The notes beneath the pieces are model-generated. The model had not been told where the DNA came from. It searched no databases and saw nothing but the letters and a program-made list of their open reading frames with translations. This document shows positions 59,438 to 64,000 of a stretch of 64,000 nucleotides of DNA, piece after piece (position 1 is the first letter of the stretch; each line of letters begins with the position of its first letter). A program made the translations under genes and the position numbers. The stretch is from a phage. The stretch is from sequence record OZ335962.1; one strand, written 5' to 3'.

Positions 59438-59740
59438 CTAAAAGAAACTTCTTTCACAATTTTTTCCACTGAACCATGCACTCACTGCTTTCTTAGTCTC
59501 AGGAGCAGTGTTATCCATAAACCATTCAAAGGCAGCCTTTTTATGATTCTGGAGGGCTTCTCGGGCTTTAATCTGCTCACGGTCTATTAACACTAACATA
59601 TGAGCCTTTCTTGTCACCATGGGCTTCTTATGATTTTTTGAATACTCCCAGTCATTTGTCCATCGCATTGTCGTTGCGAACTTAAATACTTCTTCTTTAA
59701 TTTTAGTTTCGTAAATTTCACGAGCCTTTGAGTATAACAT
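59438..59740 (-). CDS. Hypothetical protein, about 100 aa
   Basis: Start at ATG 59740, 5 nt after SD GGAGG; 3-prime end overlaps promoter cassette. Confidence 0.45.
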   Translation of the reverse strand: MLYSKAREIYETKIKEEVFKFATTMRWTNDWEYSKNHKKPMVTRKAHMLVLIDREQIKAREALQNHKKAAFEWFMDNTAPETKKAVSAWFSGKNCERSFF

Positions 59741-59841
59741 CATTACCTCCATTCACCAGTTTAATTCTAGTCATCTTTTTAATGGCAGTCCATATAATCT
59801 ATTTCTGAACTGCCTTTTTGTCATAGAAGTCCTCTTATGAA

Positions 59842-60810
59842 TTATTTCAGAAGAGTAACCTCAGCGATTTCTTCCCAACCGTTTTTGTCGGTCATAATAA
59901 AGTCAGCAAGATAAAGAGCAGTACGCAGTGAAACATTGCGTAAACGATTAACATTAACTTTCATCCATGATAATGCTTTATAAGTTTCTTCATCAGAAAG
60001 ACCGCGCTTTTGCATCATGTCAGTTGAAAGAATAACATCTTCAACCCTGACCATAATTTCTTCATTAGTATGAACACCCAAATCCAAATAAACTGAGCGG
60101 GACACTAATGCTTGTAAATGTGGAGCAAGTTTAGTACCGCGGTCTAATTCGCGGTCAATGTCAACGTTTGTGATAAAAACAATCGTTCCTTTAAATTCAA
60201 ACTCACGCTCAATGCCTTTTTCTTCTAAGTAAGAAGACGCAGTGCTCCAGCAGACTTTACGGGTCTCTCCAGTGTCCAGAGCGGCTTTTAGAAGATTAAG
60301 AATGTCCATATCAGAGAAAACATCCACATCATCAATCAAAAGGACAGAATTCTCTTCACGATTATTCCAAAGCTGCTCATAAAGACCAATACCAGAGATT
60401 TTACCATTAATGCTTTTATATTCAATGTATCCAATATCATTTGCTTTATTCAAAGCTTTATCTAAAGAATACGTTTTACCAATACCTGCTGCACCAGAGA
60501 TAATCAATGAACGAATATTTCCATTAATAATACCATTCGTCATCATTCCCATAACATTAAATCTTTTATTAATGCGGGTTTTCATATCTTCATACGATTC
60601 TTTAACTTCTTCAACTTTTACACCATCATATGAAATATCTGATTTGTAAACCCAAACACCGCGACGTTTACCGTCAATTTCAACAAAAACTTTACCATCT
60701 CCTTGTGCATCTACCGGAGCATTATCTGGGAACCATTCGCCTAAGAGCTCAAAAGTTCCAGAGATTTCTTTACCGAAGTAGATACCCTTATTGATAGTTA
60801 CAGTTTTCAT
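59842..60810 (-). CDS. P-loop ATPase (AAA-like), 322 aa
   Basis: Start at ATG 60810 with SD GGAGAA (track start GTG); Walker A GAAGIGKT and Walker B LLIDDVD. Confidence 0.65.
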   Translation of the reverse strand: MKTVTINKGIYFGKEISGTFELLGEWFPDNAPVDAQGDGKVFVEIDGKRRGVWVYKSDISYDGVKVEEVKESYEDMKTRINKRFNVMGMMTNGIINGNIRSLIISGAAGIGKTYSLDKALNKANDIGYIEYKSINGKISGIGLYEQLWNNREENSVLLIDDVDVFSDMDILNLLKAALDTGETRKVCWSTASSYLEEKGIEREFEFKGTIVFITNVDIDRELDRGTKLAPHLQALVSRSVYLDLGVHTNEEIMVRVEDVILSTDMMQKRGLSDEETYKALSWMKVNVNRLRNVSLRTALYLADFIMTDKNGWEEIAEVTLLK

Positions 60811-60838
60811 TTTATTCTCCAATTTCACATTTGTTTTG

Positions 60839-60876
60839 ATAGGGTAATAGTATCACACTACTACCCTACTGTAAAC
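60839..60876 (-). promoter_or_regulatory. T4-type early promoter
   Basis: -35 GTTTAC 60871-60876; 18-nt spacer; -10 TACTAT 60847-60852. Confidence 0.55.
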
Positions 60877-60879
60877 AAT

Positions 60880-61143
60880 TTATTTTAATGTTTGCCAAAT
60901 TTTTACTGCTTCGCGACGAGATACTTCTACAGCTCCAAGTTCTACGGCTTTTTGGCGTCGGCGAGCATGTAAGTCATAATGTTTAATGCGTTTATCTTGA
61001 AACCAAGAACGTTTCATTCCTATTGCTTCTGCCATTTTATGAAGCTCTTCAATATCTCCATCAGTGAACATATGACAATTTTTAGTTGGATGACCGCGAA
61101 GTTTCCATCCATGATTCATTAAAACATCTACGTAAACTGTCAT
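60880..61143 (-). CDS. Hypothetical basic protein, 87 aa
   Basis: ORF with ATG; family assignment (DUF4031-like) is from memory, not verified. Confidence 0.5.
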   Translation of the reverse strand: MTVYVDVLMNHGWKLRGHPTKNCHMFTDGDIEELHKMAEAIGMKRSWFQDKRIKHYDLHARRRQKAVELGAVEVSRREAVKIWQTLK

Positions 61144-61288
61144 TGATTCTGCTCCAAATATGTTTCTATAATTTTCTGAGCGAGATAAACTGCGTTATCT
61201 TCAGTTGCATCTTCTAAGAAATTTTCAAAATAAGCTGAAATTTCTTCTGTATCAATCAACTTTTTTACTTCAATTAACGTAGTTTTCA
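61140..61288 (-). CDS. Small acidic protein, 49 aa
   Basis: Hand translation MKTTLIEVKKLIDTEEISAYFENFLEDATEDNAVYLAQKIIETYLEQNQ; ATGA coupling with next gene. Confidence 0.35.
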
Positions 61289-61313
61289 TTTTATTCCCCA
61301 AATCCGTATCAGT

Positions 61314-61401
61314 TGATAGTTGTATAGTACCATAAAGCTTTATGCTTGTAAACCGTTTTGTGAAAAAATTTTGAAATAAAAAAGGGAGCCCGAAGGCTCC
61401 C
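61314..61401 (-). repeat. Promoter + terminator cassette (PeSL-like), near-identical copy of 4011-4101
   Basis: About 70 bp identical to 4011-4081, then GC hairpin gggagcccgaaggctccc at 61384-61401; contains -35 GTTTAC 61348-61353 and -10 TACTAT 61324-61329. Confidence 0.7.
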
Positions 61402-61403
61402 TA

Positions 61404-62417
61404 TCATTTATAATAACTTCGATGGTTTTCAAGATAAATCCTCTCAAGGAAGTCATCCCAGAAACCCATGTCTACTTTTTGCTGCATACCGTTCTTAGAA
61501 GCTTCAATGGAAGCTGCTTCTACTTGATCGACTACATCTTCCAAAAACTCTTGAACAGTTTTAAATGGATGTTTACCCAACTTCACGTCGAGAATAAATG
61601 GAGCATCTTGAAGTGGATAGACTAAGTCACCAGTTTTGTAAATTTCCAATAGTTGGAGTCCACCACGGCAAGCATGACTCAGAGCTTTCCAGTCAATGCC
61701 CTCATTAGCTTCGGCCTTACGAGCGCGTTCGCCGTATTCAGCATCAAGTTTATTCAAAGATTGCTTAAGCTCGATAAGAGAAAGCGTTGTTTGATATTTA
61801 CGACCCAACACGGTGTAGAACGTTTGTGGTCCTGTTTTCTCATGATTATGGAATACCCATTCACAGAATTCGTTCTCTGGAAGACGATGCTTAATATCTT
61901 CAACTTTAGTTCGACGCTGCTTAATGGAACCGTCTTCTTGGTAATCAACCCATTGCTCAGGGATTTGATTAACTACTTTCAATACATCACGTAATGCGGC
62001 CAAACGAGAACCCTTGACACCATATTTAGAAGCTTGCTTGCGAACATATCCTAAATAGGATTTCATGTTAGTCGTATAAAAACGAGAACGATTGTCTTGA
62101 ATAAACTTCCATACATCAGGCAAATCAGATTTAACTACCAGTTCAGGTGGAGTATGGAGCATATCCAATGCTACAGTTTCACCATCTGCTGCTAATTTAA
62201 AGAAATACTTAAGACTGTATAGTTCATGGTCAATATCATCTTTAGTGTTTTTAGATGATGTGTTGTTAGTGTTTTTACTCATATGCTCTTTAACATTTCC
62301 GATAAGAATATCACGAGCAGGAGGAACAAAGATTTCTTTAAAATCTACATCAGATTCTGGAGTAGAAGTTCCATAAAGATGACTACCAAAATAGCTTTTC
62401 ATTACTGTTTTCATCAT
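61404..62417 (-). CDS. Putative nucleotidyltransferase (Pol-beta superfamily), 337 aa
   Basis: N-terminal G-S-x10-D-V-D motif (FGSHLYGTSTPESDVDF); ATGA coupling with upstream membrane protein gene. Confidence 0.6.
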   Translation of the reverse strand: MMKTVMKSYFGSHLYGTSTPESDVDFKEIFVPPARDILIGNVKEHMSKNTNNTSSKNTKDDIDHELYSLKYFFKLAADGETVALDMLHTPPELVVKSDLPDVWKFIQDNRSRFYTTNMKSYLGYVRKQASKYGVKGSRLAALRDVLKVVNQIPEQWVDYQEDGSIKQRRTKVEDIKHRLPENEFCEWVFHNHEKTGPQTFYTVLGRKYQTTLSLIELKQSLNKLDAEYGERARKAEANEGIDWKALSHACRGGLQLLEIYKTGDLVYPLQDAPFILDVKLGKHPFKTVQEFLEDVVDQVEAASIEASKNGMQQKVDMGFWDDFLERIYLENHRSYYK

Positions 62418-62875
62418 TCAGCCTTATATTCAATAACAGGACATACTTTAGCTTTACGCGCTTTTAAAAATTCGACGATAATAGATTTCTTGGGTTGAAT
62501 AGGAGGTAAACCTTTATACGCCCTATCAATATTTTCTACATGTAAAGCATAATCCTTTTTCCATTTATAATCTTTATATTTTTCATGCAGTTGTGCAGGA
62601 ATAACAAATGAACCAATAATAAGTAAAACAAGCAAAATGGCAAGTATAAATGCTGATGGAATAAGAGTCCATAAACTACCAAAAATAAGCCATTTCTGTA
62701 TGATTTCTGCACAGATAATAGTTAGACCTGCGAGTATAGTACATCCGAAAAAAGAAACGAAAAATGCAGGGATAACAATAGACCAAAAATATGCACAAAG
62801 TGTCTTAGGTCGTTTCCATTCGTCGTTAAACATTTTGAATAATTTATAATGCCAAGAGTTTTCATTAATAATCAT
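62414..62875 (-). CDS. Multi-pass membrane protein, 153 aa
   Basis: ORF with ATG and SD AAAGGA; three to four hydrophobic segments. Confidence 0.6.
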   Translation of the reverse strand: MIINENSWHYKLFKMFNDEWKRPKTLCAYFWSIVIPAFFVSFFGCTILAGLTIICAEIIQKWLIFGSLWTLIPSAFILAILLVLLIIGSFVIPAQLHEKYKDYKWKKDYALHVENIDRAYKGLPPIQPKKSIIVEFLKARKAKVCPVIEYKAE

Positions 62876-62877
62876 AA

Positions 62878-63399
62878 TTATCCTTTCATTGAAGGTGTAA
62901 CAGTTGTTAAATACTTAATCATAGCTTCAGCTTCTGATTTTGATAATGAAATTTCTCCATTATTTTGACGAATAGAAATAAAATCCGGATGACGGTCACC
63001 ACCAGCTTTTAAAACACACATATAAGTATCAGTTTCATCTTCAATATTTGAAATGATTGAAGCAGTTCCACATGAATGTGGTTTTTGATAAACTAATACA
63101 GCTTTTCTTCCACCGTTTGACTGTTCATAAACTTTTAATACATCAAACAAATCACTTCTTTTATCAATAGCTAAGATGTTGTTTTCATCTTCAATGTTAA
63201 ATCCTTCGGATACTTCATAAAGTGTCACCCATAAATCGCCAATATCAATAACAGCGTTCACTTTTCCATGACTTTCAAGAGCATGACAAATTTTCTTGAT
63301 TTCATCATAACTCATTTTAATAATATCATCTCCTTGAATAAGAAAGATGTCATTTTTAAATTCAACACGAATTAAACCGCTTTCACTTGAAATAAACAT
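62878..63399 (-). CDS. Hypothetical protein, 173 aa (paralogue of next gene)
   Basis: ORF with ATG and SD GAGGAAA; C-terminal motif IRQ...EA.A...YL..V.P shared with 63406..63963. Confidence 0.55.
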   Translation of the reverse strand: MFISSESGLIRVEFKNDIFLIQGDDIIKMSYDEIKKICHALESHGKVNAVIDIGDLWVTLYEVSEGFNIEDENNILAIDKRSDLFDVLKVYEQSNGGRKAVLVYQKPHSCGTASIISNIEDETDTYMCVLKAGGDRHPDFISIRQNNGEISLSKSEAEAMIKYLTTVTPSMKG

Positions 63400-63405
63400 A
63401 TTTCC

Positions 63406-63963
63406 TCACTTTGAAATCATAGTTGGAATGACAGAATCAAGATAAGTCTTTAGCGCAATAGCTTCGTCTTTGGTAAATGTGACAATATGTGATCGAAAAT
63501 CATCAATTTGACGAATAGTTAAGACATCTCCATCTTCATAACATTTTGATAAATTTAAAACAGTTTCATCATTTTGATTGCAAGCGTTAGTAATAATAGC
63601 ATTGCAATTTTTGAGCCATTTTAAACTATGTTTTCTTTCATTAGAATAATAAAAATATTTAATCTTATCTATAAAACTATCCCAATGGATAACTGATAAA
63701 CACATTGACTCACTTTTAATATTAAATCCTGGGCATGAAGAATAAAAATGAATTTTGTGCTCATCATTGATGCTTACTATTTTATCAGTATAAGGATATT
63801 CAATTTGGGTTAAATGAATGATTTCACTAGGCGTAAAATATAGCATATCGTCTTCTTGTGTCAAACGATACATATTATTTACTTTTTCTATAGCTAATTC
63901 ACCAAAAAGCGGACTAACTTCTAATACTAATCGTTTCATATTGATTCTCTTCGACTCACTCAC
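63406..63963 (-). CDS. Hypothetical protein, 177-185 aa (paralogue)
   Basis: GTG at 63963 with SD AAAGGAG, or ATG at 63939. Confidence 0.5.
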   Translation of the reverse strand: MSESKRINMKRLVLEVSPLFGELAIEKVNNMYRLTQEDDMLYFTPSEIIHLTQIEYPYTDKIVSINDEHKIHFYSSCPGFNIKSESMCLSVIHWDSFIDKIKYFYYSNERKHSLKWLKNCNAIITNACNQNDETVLNLSKCYEDGDVLTIRQIDDFRSHIVTFTKDEAIALKTYLDSVIPTMISK

Positions 63964-64000
63964 AATTACATACTCCTTTGAATAATATCAATAATGTTGT

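Noticed and set aside
1-64000. tRNA genes, rRNA genes, integrase or attachment sites
   Set aside because: No tRNA-like cloverleaf or integrase-like ORF was recognised; content is that of a lytic T-even phage, though tRNA scanning by eye is not reliable.

Overview
This window is a contiguous segment of a T4-like (T-even) myophage genome, colinear with T4 from the end of tail-fibre gene 38 and holin t, across the rIIB/rIIA junction, to the variable region beyond nrdC. Recognised genes in order: 38 (C-terminus), t, asiA, arn, motA, 52, stp, ndd, denB, rIIB, rIIA, 39, dexA, dda, modA, modB, soc, 56, 61, sp, dmd, 41, 40, uvsX, a GT-A glycosyltransferase, 42, imm, 43, regA, 62, 44, 45, rpbA, 46, 47, alpha-gt, 55, nrdH-like, nrdG, nrdD, 49, nrdC. 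Nearly all genes are on the minus strand, tightly packed with ATGA/TAATG start-stop overlaps; only 38, t and one small ORF (25810..26010) are on the plus strand. Several traits are T2/T6-like rather than T4-like: a glycine-rich gp38, a single 605-aa gene 39 with no gene 60 split, an intronless nrdD, no recognisable homing-endonuclease genes, and a GT-A-type glycosyltransferase where T4 has beta-gt. Regulatory signals readable from sequence include many T4-type early promoters (GTTTAC / 18 nt / TATAAT or TACTAT), a late promoter and terminator bracketing soc, and GGGC-UUCG-GCCC hairpins just 3-prime of stop codons. The best candidates for an undescribed system are in the post-nrdC region (54.4-64 kb): a Pol-beta-type nucleotidyltransferase coupled to a multi-TM protein, a Walker A/B ATPase module flanked by near-identical promoter/terminator cassettes, and a tandem array of four ~300-340-aa coiled-coil proteins. 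All calls rest on reading the sequence and recall of T4 proteins; no database search was run, and the ORF track marks GTG/TTG starts as M, so several starts were re-placed by hand.
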